In this document: one piece after another, positions 1-13,671 of the stretch | Layout of the letters: each line of letters opens with the position of its first letter | Numbering within the stretch: position 1 is the stretch's first letter | Origin: Marsupella aquatica | Taxonomy: Eukaryota > Plantae > Marchantiophyta | Direction of reading: 5' to 3' | NCBI GenBank assembly: GCA_973895155.1 | Contig: OZ316893.1 | Location: forward strand, 20,278,857 to 20,342,856 | DNA length: 64,000 nt | Position numbers and translations under genes: made by a program | Notes under the pieces: generated by a model | Told to the model about the DNA's origin: nothing | The model's input: only the letters and a program-made list of their open reading frames with translations | Database searches by the model: none

Positions 1-2273
1 GAAAATTTGGTGTTAGGATGGCTTGCCAAGCAACCCCAGACTGCTTAGTAAGAACAATGTCCATAGCACCCAATAAATTTGAAGGTGTAGATCCTTTCCC
101 ATGATATTGGGGGTTAGGACTTGAGTGGCATGGGAGGATGGAGATTGTAGACCATTAGAGAATAATTTCATGCACAACTTTGACCTCAGGAAAATTAGTA
201 TTGGCTTGTTGAGCACCCGTACACTGCTTAGGACACCGTGGCACCTAAGGTGGAGATCCTTTCCCATGATCAGGCTCTACTTGATCAACTTTGTGAAGAA
301 ACAAATTTGTGGAGGAAAGGACAAAATAAAGAAGCTTGTTGAAAAATTGATATTTGGGTTTAATTTTGTGGTCCTGGTGAATGGCAGGCAATGAGCATAG
401 ATGCCCCATTGGATAGCATGGAGGCACATAGCATGATCTGGCTTAGCATGGCTACCTTAGTCTATTGAGAAGGAAATCATGTTGTACGGACACTAAAAAA
501 TTGAGATTAGAATTTTTACCAACATATTATGCCAAAGAGCTCCCTGTACCAGAAACAGTGGTCCAAATTTAATAACCTTGAATTAGACATGCACTATGTC
601 CAATGTGTAGCCAATATTTTAGCGTCTCAGGTGGATACCATGGTACACCATGTCATGACATGTACAGTCCACCTTGTCTGAGGCATCCATAAGTGCAACA
701 TGTGGACTCTATAGTAGGTACAGAAGCCATGCACTAGACAACATATACTTACATGTGTGTTTCAGTTCACATGTGAATACATATATTTATCTTTCTTGTA
801 TTGTGTACATAAGAGACATTTATTGATAAGTGCTGCAGAAATTACACATATTCAGCACTTTTACAAAATTATCCTATTGAATCGTCAATATGATGACTCT
901 AGGTATGAGGAGTTTCAATGTGTGTTGCTTGATACCACATATAGGGAACTTCTAAGAGATATGGCAAATATATGGTTGATCTCTTAGCAAGAAAGCAATC
1001 AGGTGGCCACAAGGCAGGCACTATTGGCCTCCATGAGGTTCTTGGATTCATTCTGCAGCGCCCTATCCATTGACCCTCGCCCATCATGACTTTAGGGTTC
1101 CTTGAATTAGGGTGAATGTTGGGGCTGGCCATCCACTCCGGACTCTCTGATTTGAGAGCTACCCTCAAGTGACATAGGAGCAAATTCTTCTGGGTTATCT
1201 CCAACAATTCTGGAGGTTGAGGGTAGAGACCATCAATCCAGTTTGAGGGTTAATGAATGAAACCCACCTGTTGTCTCCCTCTGTGGAAATAAACTGCTCT
1301 ACAAAGTACAATTCTAAGATATAATCTTAAGCACAGTCAGGAGCAACAATCACTCCTTTTTGCTTTTGTTGCCCAGACTTATTCCCCAAATCTGGGGAGA
1401 TATATTGGCAAATGGGAATGAAGTGTTGGAGGGTTGGTTCCTAATAGCCCTTCACCTTTCCTGAACACTCCCAACTCCCTCCAACCCTAGTCAAACTCTT
1501 GGTTTAGTATTTGATCCAAATGTTATTGTCTCAAAGCATCCAAAATATAATGGTATTTGACTGTGATTGTTAAGTTCAGAATTACTCCGGAGGGCTTAGG
1601 AGGGTTAGAAAGGGTTTAAGGCGGGACTCATGTCTGGTAAACCCTCATTCTGTATCCAGAGGTCCCGCCATAACATGCAAATTTTGTTACAAAATGGTTG
1701 AACCAGACTGGGAACCAGACAAGCAATATGTCAAGGTATACTTTTGTGTGTACTTTTGCACTCAAATTTGATTTGTGATATCCCCTCCAAGCTTATCATA
1801 CAATTGTAGCTCCAACTAAGCTATACGGTTTTTGGATTGCAATTTATACCCAAACCAACTAAGATGAAGAAATATAAATATGAATTAAGTCATTCACAGC
1901 CCGATTCACAATTATTACTGTATGACAAGTATGTTAGCACAAGTGATCCCTCCAGCATAAAGGCAATATAACATAATGGGTGATCTCCTTAAAAGCAAGC
2001 CATCATAATGTACCACTTGTCATGTCGCCTTGGCTTTTACATAGAAATATAACATTGTTTTACAAAGGGGGAAAAAGACTCCTCTTAAAACTCAAGACAA
2101 TAATATCCTGATGTTCTTTGATTTACCAAGTTGACATTGTTTTCTGTAAAAATATGTTCTTTAGTAGTTGAGGGGAAAAAAGGTCAATCATCAATCATTC
2201 AATTCAATTGGATCATAATTCTTGGAAGGAGCACACTGCCACACAAAAGATGGGATGCGACCAAAGGACACAA

Positions 2274-2313
2274 GGAAAGGAAAGGAAAGGAAAGGAAAGG
2301 AAAGGAAAGGAAA
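2274..2313. repeat. (GGAAA)n microsatellite
   Basis: About 8 consecutive GGAAA units read directly; they explain the KGKER ORF tail at 2131-2316. Confidence 0.95.
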
Positions 2314-5300
2314 TGAGAAGTGGCACAACTATTTGCCAGCCAACCAAGAGCTGAATAAAAATACTATATTTTAAGGAGGATACCGCACTCTAGGGGCACA
2401 CTTTGAATTTGGTGTTCCCTTAGCCTCGCTGGTCTTGGAAACTTTGCCACCATTTTTGATTAATGAGAACTTTGCCATCATTGCTGGGAAAACTAACTCT
2501 GGTTAGCTCAAAACTGTAAACCTCCATCCTAACTTGCCTACTCCCTGACACCCTCCAAGTTGGGGGTGTGTCTCTTCCTATCAGAAATTAAAGGTGACCA
2601 AGAACAGGACGGGTTGGGAAAATATGATGGTCAGAGATTTTCCCCGAGGTGAAGGGCAGGTGCAATCGGGGTTGAGGTAACTTTAAACCACCTGAAGCAT
2701 ACAGGGGCCATATTGTATATGTCTCTACTCGTAAAGTTTAAGATAAACTCTGGGTTTATGGGTGATCGCCTGCACTTTTGACAGTTACTCATGGTGAGAC
2801 ACAATTAGAGCCCAATGGCAACTACTGAGGAAAAATCAAATAACAAACCTCCCTTGGGCCCTCTGTCTTAACTAGTATGCAGAGTATGTACAAACGCTCA
2901 AATGGTACTTTCTATTGATTTTGGACTAATAAATATAATTATTGCTAGTAACAAGCTAGCTTCTATGGAAAAATAGAAATAACAGGGGTTAATAGTAAGA
3001 GGTCAGCCCAGAGAGGCATGACTTTGTGGTAGCTCACTTGAGTAGAGACTAATAGATCTTGGGTTCAACTATTGTGGCTGACTCTTCCCTTTCTGTGGGG
3101 TTTCACAGATTTCCCCTTTAAAAATAAAATTTTAAAAATAAAAAATAGGAGGAAGTCACCATTGCAAGGGGTCCACCTCTTTTAGAGGGAGTGAGGGCCC
3201 AAGGTGTGTAGCTAATCTAGCAGTAGCACACACTATTGTTGTAAAAAACGAGCAACTTGAGTACCTATTACTTGGGGGTCTCACTATATGGAGGCCTCCC
3301 CATCACCTATGATGTTTTTAGGCCTCGGATCCCCTAAAATGTAAAAAAGAAGGTATTTTAAACCCCTTTAAAGTTGAAATCTTCTTGGAATATTCCAAAA
3401 GTAGGATTAAAAGACCATAATGTTCTTATAGGTCTCAAAATTGGATTTAAATGACCTTATTGTTATTCTGAGAATTTTTTTAAGTCTTCCCTCAGAACCA
3501 GTAAAATAACCCTATCCTTCATCGCACATCAGATGCCATTTTTAGGAAGTGAAACGTCCAAGAATCATTATCTGATTTTTCTCATGAGTTGACCATTTTT
3601 CACACTCTAATTGCACAAGTTGAGTTCTTGCCTTACCATTGGTTATTGGCAACTTTAGAGATGGCCTATCAAAGAGACTGAGAAAATAAAACAACAGTGC
3701 TAGACAACAAATTTTCACTCATTGAATGTCTTCTTATTTGGCATATCATATCACGATGACATGAATCTATCCATGAACATGCTCCTGGATGGTCATTGTG
3801 AAATTAGGGGAGAGGGGGTTTCGGGGGCTGTGGCGGGGAGGGGGGGGGGGGGGGCGGGGTGGTGAAATGGGAGATGCGCAAACAGTTCCATTGTGGTTCT
3901 TGTGGTTGAGGGCAAATGGCTATCAAGAAGCAAAGTCATTAACCAAACCGAGGACACGGCTTACTAAATCCATGCCAAATGCATATTGAACACCTGCTGT
4001 GGCAAAGACCACTAGGGCAGAGAGAAAAACAGGGCCCAAAGGCTAAGGCATGCATCAGTGAGGCATCACACTGCCCAAAACACCAAAAAAGCCTGAAGCC
4101 CAAAGTGGATGAGGTGCAAACATGTAAAGCCAGACATGAAATGATGCCAAAAACCAATCCTATATAAGGGGTGAACAGCCTCATCTACCTTGATTGGGGG
4201 AGTACCAGTGCTAATGAGACAAGGACTCTAGTGCACCAATGGTTCTCTGACATTGCAGTGATTGATCGCAATCCAAAGCGATGTACGTGCTACATTGTGG
4301 TATCCTGCCAATTTGCTCATTGGTATGCAAAACATCACAACCTCCCTGTCTACTCACCATCTACCAAGAGATGACACCAAGCCTGGCTATAGATAGTCTC
4401 AAACTGCAATTGTTGCAAGAATTGTTGAGAACATTCCTCATCTCAGTGTTTTCAGTTGATGTTTGGATCCAGCTCTGGTCGTTTGTATACGTTGCATGGA
4501 TGTTCAACAATCATACCAATAAGGAATGGAATAGTCAAACTTTGCACATAACACAATCTTGATTGGGCTTACCATTTGGAGACTAATTCACACTTGGCTA
4601 TTACAATGTTAGTCCCAACAAAGGCCAGGTGAAAAGGGGACCCTCATCTATTAATTGATTGTTGTCCTACTTATTGCTACCAATAGAAAAACTACTCAAA
4701 ATTCAACATTGTAGATAGATTTCATTCATTTAAGTTTCTTAACTTCATGAATGGTGACTCTAAGAGGTACAACATTCCAGTGTCAAAGAGTGGAAAGTAT
4801 ATCATTATCCCTTTTGCTTGGAAACTTGGAGGAGATGAAGAATGAGAGAAAGGAATAGATCCAAGTGGTACACATCCCTTAGCTGTAGAGCAAAGTGCTT
4901 TACTAACAAAGAACACCAATAATGTTCCCTTTAAGCTTATCACAAGGGACTGGACATCAAGGTGAATTTGACTTGGCAGCTAAGGCACATGGCTTGCAAG
5001 GGTGAGGTCGTGGGATTGAGTCTGGACACATGCACACAAAATCGCGTTGCTGGGCACTGATCTGTACCTGTCCAAGTAGTGTGCATACCTATGCCTATGC
5101 ATATGAAGGGCTCCCCTTACCTATGCATACACATTTGCTATTACCAGAGAATCACACAGCCTTGGCTCTCTCCCCACACCATATTCACAAGCATGGATGA
5201 AACATCAAATTTGCTACGACCACAAAGAACACAATCGACAGTTGCATCACACAATGTTTTTGGACAGTAAACTACATTTGTGAATTGTAGGATAGACTTG

Positions 5301-5664
5301 CCTGACTGCCCTATCTTTGGACACAAATAGAAATGAGGACATTAAAGTCTGTTGCCCATTGACTAATTCAGGTTCAAATTGGTTTCCAATGTCTCTCTTC
5401 ACATGTTGTGTCATTTTCAGAAACTCACCCTGCCGAATGACTCCTCACATGCTCTGCCATTTTCAGAAACCCACCCTTCCCCCAATCCCTGCTTTCCACC
5501 AGCACCCCTAACTTCAATTAGACCCCAAATCCATGGTCTAGAGTACTAGCTCCTCTAGCTTCAATCACTCCCACGAGTCATGGTCTAGAGACTTCACTTT
5601 AGGCACTAGGTTGTGAATTGCAATTATATGCTTGGATAGATAGATTTCCTTTTCTCTTGTATGT

Positions 5665-6055
5665 GTGCTTTTGTACCTTTCCTTTGTGGTTCTTTCACAC
5701 ATCACAAGCATTACCTTTCCCTGCTACCTTTCCTCTTCCTCTCCTTTGCACCTTTCCTTTGTGGTTGATTCATCACAAGCATTACCTTTTCTCTTCTATG
5801 TGTGCCCTTTATTGGGCTGCTTTGCCATTCGGACCCTGTCTCCTCTTTTTTGCCTTTAGGCACCGTGATATATATATTTTCTCTTCTACCTCTCCTCTTC
5901 CTCTCCTGTAGCTTTCCTTTGTGGTTGGGTCATCACAAGCATTACCTCGTCCTTCTCTTCCTCTCCTTTGTGGTTGGCTCAGCACAAAGCATTTATTTAC
6001 CTTTTCTCTTCTACCTCTCCTCTCGTCGTCGGCTCTGTACCTTTCCTGTGTGGTT
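5665..6055. repeat. Degenerate pyrimidine-rich tandem repeat (~70-80 bp unit, ~5 copies)
   Basis: The motifs ctttcctttgtggtt and catcacaagcattacct recur with regular spacing. Confidence 0.8.
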
Positions 6056-6307
6056 CGCTGTGCTCTGCAGACGCAGTGCTGCAGTTGGATGCGTTTCGTT
6101 GGCTAGTTTCACGGCGTTGCTTTGCTCTGCTTTGCTTTGCGAGGCGATGCTTGCTTCTGAGGGGAGTGATTGCAACCACGCACGATGGGTACTGTCTTCC
6201 TTACTTTTACTGCGCGCACCTCATGATGGCGGGCCAGGCGGCCGCTGACACGAACGAGCTGTTACCGTATACTCGACGAGCCTCTCACGACGGACGGCGT
6301 CTCATCG

Positions 6308-6458
6308 TTGAGCTTTCCCTCCCGTTTTCCGCCTTGAAATCTCACACGGCAGCTGTCGTGACAGGGCTCCTGCTGCCTCCCTTGAGCTTTCCCTCCCGTT
6401 TTCTAGCCTTTAAATCTCACACGGCAGCTGTCGTTACAAGGGCTTCTGCTGCCTCCTG
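6308..6458. repeat. ~74-bp tandem duplication
   Basis: ttgagctttccctcccgtttt...aaatctcacacggcagctgtcgt...gggct...ctgctgcctcc occurs twice head-to-tail. Confidence 0.9.
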
Positions 6459-6824
6459 ATTCCTTTCTTCCTGCCGTGCAGGAGCAGGACTTCCGCTGTC
6501 CTAGGATTGGAACGAGGGAGGGTTCGGCATCGGCGTGGGAAGGAAAGCAACGGGAGACCTACAGTAGAATTGGGATGTAGGGTTGGTTTTAGCGACGTTA
6601 GATCCTGATCAGGCGTCTTCCCGACCATCCACATTGTTTTATATTTTCTGGGTTCTGAAAGTGGGGAAGCTGTGAGGGCGGTACTCTGTGCGAGAGAGAG
6701 GCAACGAAAGACCTTGGGTCGAAAGATGGGCAGTTCCTGTAAGTAGTTTCAGCCAGCCCAATGCAAACAGGTGTTATGACCTGCGAGAGAGGCTGCGGAA
6801 TGCATTAACTTGTGTTGGTGCATG

Positions 6825-7040
6825 CTGGATTGCTGATCAGCCGTGACATACTTCTAGTCGGCGAAGATGGGTGAGCTGATGCATACTGGAGAATTGGATT
6901 GCGGACCAGCCGTGACATACATCTCGTATTGAATTACTGGATTGCTGATCAGCTGTGACATGCTTTTAGTCGGCGGAGATAGTGAGTTGATGCATACTGG
7001 AATACTGGAATGCTGCGTACTTTCAGTCGGCGAAGATTCT
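6825..7040. repeat. Degenerate short tandem repeat
   Basis: ggattgctgatcagccgtgacat / agtcggcgaagat / gatgcatactgga modules are repeated 2-3 times. Confidence 0.75.
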
Positions 7041-7786
7041 CACCAGGCCATGGCACCTCCGAGACATCGGACGCCTATTTCCGGGGACACTTCTGTGTCC
7101 AAATCGCAAGTCAGGTTGTGGATGTGCTTGGCAGACCACGGGTGGGGAGGACGGCAGGATAACTTGAGATACTAGTCGGCTCCACTGGCCTTCTGTCCAT
7201 GGTCACTCGCGGGACGAAGTTATTGTGAGATTGAGAAATCTGATGCCGTGTAGTTTTGATGCAGTGGCTGCGAGGTTCCCCTCATCCCCAACAATAGAAA
7301 GCAAGGGAAATACAGGAAGGCGAACGATAGTGATAACCACAAACCTTCAATGAGACATTCATCCGCGAAACTTTTGAGATGATATCACATATAAATGACA
7401 GAAAAAAGAAATGGGCCGGGTGCGAGAGCTCGAAGATGTGATGGAAGCTCTTTGAAACAGTAATTCATTTTACCCATGGTGCCAAATTATATGCTTGACG
7501 TCAAATGATGAACACACAACTATGTCAGCTGGCACCTCAGTAAGGGTTATTTGGGTTGGCCATTTTTTGCCATCGGCATTTCCCCGGCAAAGCGTGGCAC
7601 TGTGGCCACTTACTGCCAACTTGTGCACAAGAGAACCCCTGTCAAGCGTGATTGTGCCATTCCTCACTGCCCCTGAACTCTGGCGTTGCCAGCACAACGG
7701 TCGTCCCTGAGCCATAAGGGTTCAGATGTGAGGAACTTCACATCCTGTTCTCAACTTCCAACTAAACCTCTGCAGTGCTTGCGATA

Positions 7787-10700
7787 TTAATCTGTCTTTT
7801 TTGTCATGTTGTCGAGTGCTTGTAGCCGTTCAACAAGAGGAGGATGAGAATAATGGTATGCCGAGTACCAGCTATCTGTATTCATAGCAGAGAGGTTCTC
7901 CTCCTGCGATTCAGACCATGACCAACCGGTAGTGCGTCAGTATATCTACCAGACCCTCCAATCCCCTAAGTATGAAACAGTCCATTTTAAAGATGACAGC
8001 AATGGTAAGTAGGCAAGAAAATAAAAAACTTGGACGGATGGTCAAACCCATAGGGAAGGTCAAAGCCCACTCTAAAGAAAATCCCATTGAAGTGGCACAT
8101 TATCGAGGCCAACAACTGAATCTCTTGGTGAAAAAATCCAATCTTGGATGAAACAGACATCCCCACTATTAGTGCGCAAACCAACTCGAATTCGAAGCTT
8201 CTACCTGTAACTTGATAAGGCCTCCACGAAGAGGATCTGTATATCCTAGCTTGCTCGCAAATGCATCCGCCTGCAAAGAGTGTCCAATGTGCAAGCAAGC
8301 AATTTAGCTACATCTACTCAAATCACAGTTCATGCCCAGAAACTACAAATGAAAGTCGGCTGCAGTCTGAACCGGACAGCCGACTCCAGAAGACCTTCGG
8401 GAGTAGTAACATGAAACGAAAATGGAGAGCAACAAAAGATATGTACCTGGAACTCGAATGCTCGGCTAACTAGGTTCAGACCGAAACTGACAAGATGCTG
8501 CCATGGCATGATAATATGCTGCAAAAGAAAAGAGCCACGTTGCTTCAGAAAACAAAATCAGCAGAGTGGTGCCCAGTAAAAGTGGTTCTTGGACAGGGTT
8601 CAAGCTAGACGTCTTCCTTAAGGGCTAGCAATGTAATAAGCTGAGCTACTACTGTTGGCAAGATGGAATGAATATGTATGCTTTCAGATTCAATACTCAG
8701 CTGACAAGAAGCTGAAATGAATAGTTTCTAGAAGTGAGGACGAGAATTGTGCGCGACCTGAAATAAGACAAGACCAATCAATACTGGCTGAGTAGAAAAG
8801 CCAAAACTGTGGAACAGGCCCTTTGAGTTTCGAATCAGTGTGTAGCCTCCAAATTGCAATAATGTCAACACCTGCTCCATTGACAGCACATAAATCAGTG
8901 GATTCTACAAATGATTACACATTTCACAAAGATCCAGAAGGTAAGATTCAAACAAATTCATCCAAGCAGCGTGGTCCTTCTCCATCCAGGGAAGATAATT
9001 ACGATCATGACCACAGAGGTCAGACCTGAACTAGATCCACGCACTGCATCATTTTGAGGAGTCTTAAGATAACTCTAAACAAAATCAGTAGTCTGACACT
9101 AAGGAGAATTCATTCAAGACGTTGTAGTCCATCTAATTTAAAAGTTCACAACCGTACCTGCATGGCTACAAAGGAATACATTGTGTGGCTGAGCTTCCAA
9201 TGTCCTAGTTCGTGAGCAAGAACAGCCACGACCTCTTCCTCCTTACACTGCAAATACACATCACTTTGTCAGTGTTTCTTCTCTGCAACACATGGGTGGA
9301 TGTTCGAAGAGCTGGGACCAAAAACTGAGTTGAGACTACATTGAGTTTCACACTGAATGCTGCCTACAGCTTTTCCATTACGCTACCAGCTGCAACAGTA
9401 GCCAAACCTTTCTATAAATGAAGATGTTTGGAGGGAAAGACAACTTCGACGCATACGCAATGTCATTATTCAAAAAGATTGCTGATAGATAGCAGTCCAT
9501 GAACCCAGATCCACAAACACATTGTAGGCGGCAGAACTACCTGTTGAATGAGGGTATCATAGAGCACAATTCGTTTGCTGTTGAAAAATCCGTACATGTA
9601 AGCCTGTAAAAAGTACAACACCAACATCGCAGAGCCTCAGTGGGCCTAGACAAGGCATAGTGGATAATGAAGAAGCCTGAACCAGTGTATGAGGTCTTTC
9701 GCAACTCAGTCAGTAACCTTCTCGTTAAGGTCTACCGCACATCAGTACTCGAGAAATGATCTGATAGACTCACATTACTGGGGCTTGATCTAGTGGAGCC
9801 ATCGATGACAAATAGCTTTGTCAGAGGAAACTTAAGCGATGCAGCTAGTCTCTCGCAACTCAGTCAGTAACCTTCTCGTTAAGGTCTACCGCACATCAGT
9901 ACTCGAGAAATGGTCTGATAGACTCACATTACTGTGGCTTGATCTAGTGGAGCCATCGATGACAAATAGCTTTGTCAGAGGAAACTTAAGCGATGCAGCT
10001 AGTTTCTCGATCTTCGACCGTAGATCTCCTTCAGGTAACTGTTCCAAATATTATAGAGATGAGACAAGAACAAGGGAATTGAACCCAACGTTTCTGATTC
10101 AATTCCTTACATCAAGTTGAGCATCAAAGGAACCAAGCCGCAGGTTAAGTAGTATTGAGTGTGCATGCGATGCCATTCAACACAAAAGGGCTTCCTCATC
10201 TTTAGAATAGCGACCAACCCAGCAGCACTGAATGCACAACGAACATCACCCGAAACGGCATATTTTATTACGTCACTAATGAGTTCAGTCTGAAATTAAA
10301 TGTCAGGGTGCACTTACAGAAGTAAACTTGTTGAAGAGGGGCGCAATGACGATTGGATATATCGCCATCATCACAAGGGATAAGATTAACATAAATCCCC
10401 ATAAATAAAGAGCGAGATATGGCCCTCCCCTCTGGATGCAGACAATGACCATTAATGACCATTAGACAGTCTCACCTAAAATACAGGATGTGGTGGATTC
10501 TGCACAAAAGTCACTGGAGTTGCAACTCATCTTGTAAGATTAGGGTTGGAGACTACCTGCACCATATAGATGAGAGCCGCCACTATTGGTGGCCCAAGTA
10601 CAACCATTAGCAGCATTGCAAGCACCATATCTTTGAAGAAGAGGTAGAGTGTTTGCTGTACAAGGACACAACAGGACAAATGAGACAAGGCACCAAGATT

Positions 10701-13421
10701 TATTCGAACACAAATCCGAAAAACGATTACTTATGATAGGAACAGAGTTCACGTTCGCACACAATTACTTTACTGTAATGTGCCACAATTGACCTTACTG
10801 TTGCTTCCTCACCTCACCCCTCACTGCTGTACAAGAAGAAAACATTCGGGTCAACGGACGACCGCCTGACCATACTGAGTGCATAAACATTTGTGACCGT
10901 ATTCTCAAAACGATGAAGGAGGAAACCCACCTTATTGAAGCCATGGCGTGCCTCAATTACAAACGTAGAATACAGAGAAAACGGTAGTTCTATAATCTGA
11001 ACATCACAATCCAGAGTGATATTAACAAAAGACACGGTTATCGTTTGTGTAGGGTTTCAATTCCTAGGAGGCAATTAACCTCCCTTTACAAGTGCAGGCA
11101 ATGAATGGGAGTTTCTCACCAGGGACAGGCCACTTGGCCAAACCCCACAAGAGGTCACTTTGACAAAAGTTGTGCAGGATAAACTACTCATCAGTACCTT
11201 CCATGTGCGGGAAAATTTCTTGCGAGGAATACAAGCTGGGGTGCCGTAAATGATGTCAAAACGTACTTCTACATGTTCCCGCTGGACAAAAATATCCTAC
11301 TCCCTAATAGTGTCATGATTGCTGTCATCCCTTGGACATATTCTCTATTGAATTGTTAAAATTTTACAGGATAGAAATTGAGGCCTTGGGGCACCAAAAG
11401 GGTACAAGAGAGAAGGAAACCACACCTACGCGTCGTTTACTACTGTAACCTAAGAGTCTTAACTCCCAGAAAGTATTGATCATTTTCCCAGAACGACCGG
11501 ATCAGAACATAGTACAAACTGAGAACCGAGACTGAGCAGTGAATTGGAAAGGCAAGAAATAATTCAATGGTGACCTGACGGGAACTCCTGCGGGGAAAGC
11601 ACAAAGTACCTGTGTCCAAAGTGTAGTGATAGCTAGAAATGCCAGAGTATGGATAATTTCATTTTCGGCGTTGAAACCCAGCTGTTCCACCAACAGTTGA
11701 GATCTCTGCAAGGTAGAATGAATCAGGACGTCTCTTCTATTTCTCTCAGGACCTAACTCAATAATGATTCAAGTGTTCTATTTTAGCGTAGCATCCCCTT
11801 GACAGTTGCTTATATCAATTTAACTGGTAACTCCATTTACAAAGTCAGGAGATAGGCTCATTTACGTGTCCATATAACACACTCAATATGGACAGCCACC
11901 TACATTACATGCTCCATTCCTCATGTCAACAGCAATTGCAAAATCAGCCGTGCACATCGACTTCCCGGTTGATAAAGCACCCACAACAGAAACTACAATG
12001 CTTTCATGAATCCTCTAAACAAAGACACCAAACCACACGCATGACAATGATCTGAACTTTATGTTACATTAAGCACACCATTTTTAATTCAGATCTGAAG
12101 ATAGACCATCAGAGAACGCCTAAGTCACGTGGAATGGCAGGCTGGACGTTGTGCTTGTAAGTTTTCAAAGCAAAAGATTGAGACAGAAGAAATACCAGCC
12201 AGAACCACGGCAGCAACCCATACCACAGAATTGCAGTCTCCTCCAGAATACTAAATGCTGAATGTACAAAATGGAATGAACTGGAAGGACGGCCGGAAAA
12301 CGAAAAAAGTTAGTGCAGAGTTCATATGCTACCTATACAAAGATGTGGCCTTCCTCTGAACAATCACCCTATGCTAGGCTCTGAGTAGTGTTCTTACATG
12401 CAATGCTAGTACCCGGCTTACAGACTCACACCTACAGAAATTAAAAGACTAAAAAAAGTAAGTTGAAACCCCAGCTTATACTAAAAAGGAATAAAAAAAC
12501 CAAAGTCTTACTTCCCCTTGAAACACAGACCTCGAGGGAAGGAATACGAAAAATACAAGGGCCACTCTGAATCAGCCCGCTCTAAGAATCGCACAGGCAG
12601 GAAAGCTGGAAACATCACCTCTTATCAAGACTGTACGCCCGGGCCTTGGAAAACTTCTCCTCGCTTACTACGCCTTTCAGAGTCCCAGGGAGATTGGGGT
12701 TCTTATAAGCCTTATGTTGACGGAGATCCAAGTACGTTTCAAAGCAATACATGAATATCATGAAACCTGTAAGACAATAGGCAGTGCAACAGCATCAGGG
12801 TATATGGATCAACCTCACAAACTATGCTTCTGGTAGGGCCCTCATACGTGAATGAGGCATTCAAAGCGAGACTGTGCTTAACTAAGCCTACTAGGGGTTC
12901 TGTAAACAGACACCATATCGTTCCGTCACCAAAAAGAGTATCAAATCAGTCAACCTGATGCAGTACAATTGGAGCATCGGCAATTGATAAAAAAAAATCG
13001 TTCCCGAAATGTTTTGACCAGGTTAGAATTAGCAAGCATGGAATGGCGAATGGATTACTCTTCAACCCTAACAAGTTTCACTAAACAAATCTTAGGAAAA
13101 ACGGCCGCTACAATATGCATTACGTTAATCAAGCAGCAAGTTACTCTGCGGGCCAAATACTGTGTGCATCCCAAGGATGTGACCCGTGTGCTTATCACAC
13201 CTCTCCCCGATATCAGAATGAGAACAGGATACGGGAGCCCTTCGGTTGGACAAATTCCAAAAGGGCGACCCTGATTTGCATGATTTTCGGCAGACATTCC
13301 GAATAACAAAAGTACGAGGTTATGAATTCAAACACATACCGATCACAGATTCCAGGTAAGGAAAGCCGGAGCTAAAATCTAATCCTTTCCCTGTTTCCAT
13401 AAGTGGCTTCGTTTCCGCCAT
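7787..13421 (-). CDS. STE24: CAAX prenyl protease 1 (STE24/FACE1/ZMPSTE24, M48 zinc metalloprotease), 14 coding exons
   Basis: Spliced GT-AG exons translate to [28 protein letters not shown]|[17 protein letters not shown]...|...[19 protein letters not shown]|[10 protein letters not shown]...|...[15 protein letters not shown]|[37 protein letters not shown]|[21 protein letters not shown]|...[10 protein letters not shown] (HEXXH)...|...VSRAFEFQ|ADAFA...|[27 protein letters not shown]...KTD*. These are the canonical plant STE24 motifs. Confidence 0.97.
9694..10009. repeat. 154-bp tandem duplication spanning an STE24 exon 3' half and its donor
   Basis: gcaactcagtcagtaacc at 9701 and 9855, and gcagctagt at 9841 and 9995 (period 154); the copies are near-identical. 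Confidence 0.97.
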
Positions 13422-13671
13422 GTTGCTTGCTGTTCCCCAATCTGCGCGTCTGCGCGGTTCTGTGATCGACTGAATTGCGACGATGGTGTCGAAGTCCACT
13501 GCGGGTCCTCTTTATTCTCGCATAGATTTATTCCAGAGCTCTGCTGCGTGCTTCCATCGTCTACGAGTCCGCCTCCTTCCGTCCGAAGCGGCGGGAGATG
13601 AGACCGAAAGCAAAGAACGGCAGGATCTCGAGGTTGTATACCCTCGTAACAAACGCTTGGAGCCGCTGCCG

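Noticed and set aside
3020-3075. tRNA gene (also 4975-5025 and 31510-31550)
   Set aside because: Only partial A/B-box resemblance; I could not build a cloverleaf.
890-5400. Protein-like fragments, possibly TE-derived
   Set aside because: Too decayed; no catalytic or family motif that I can support.
7270-7475. 3' UTR intron of STE24
   Set aside because: A donor-like GG|GTAAAA is present, but it is weak and the acceptor is ambiguous.
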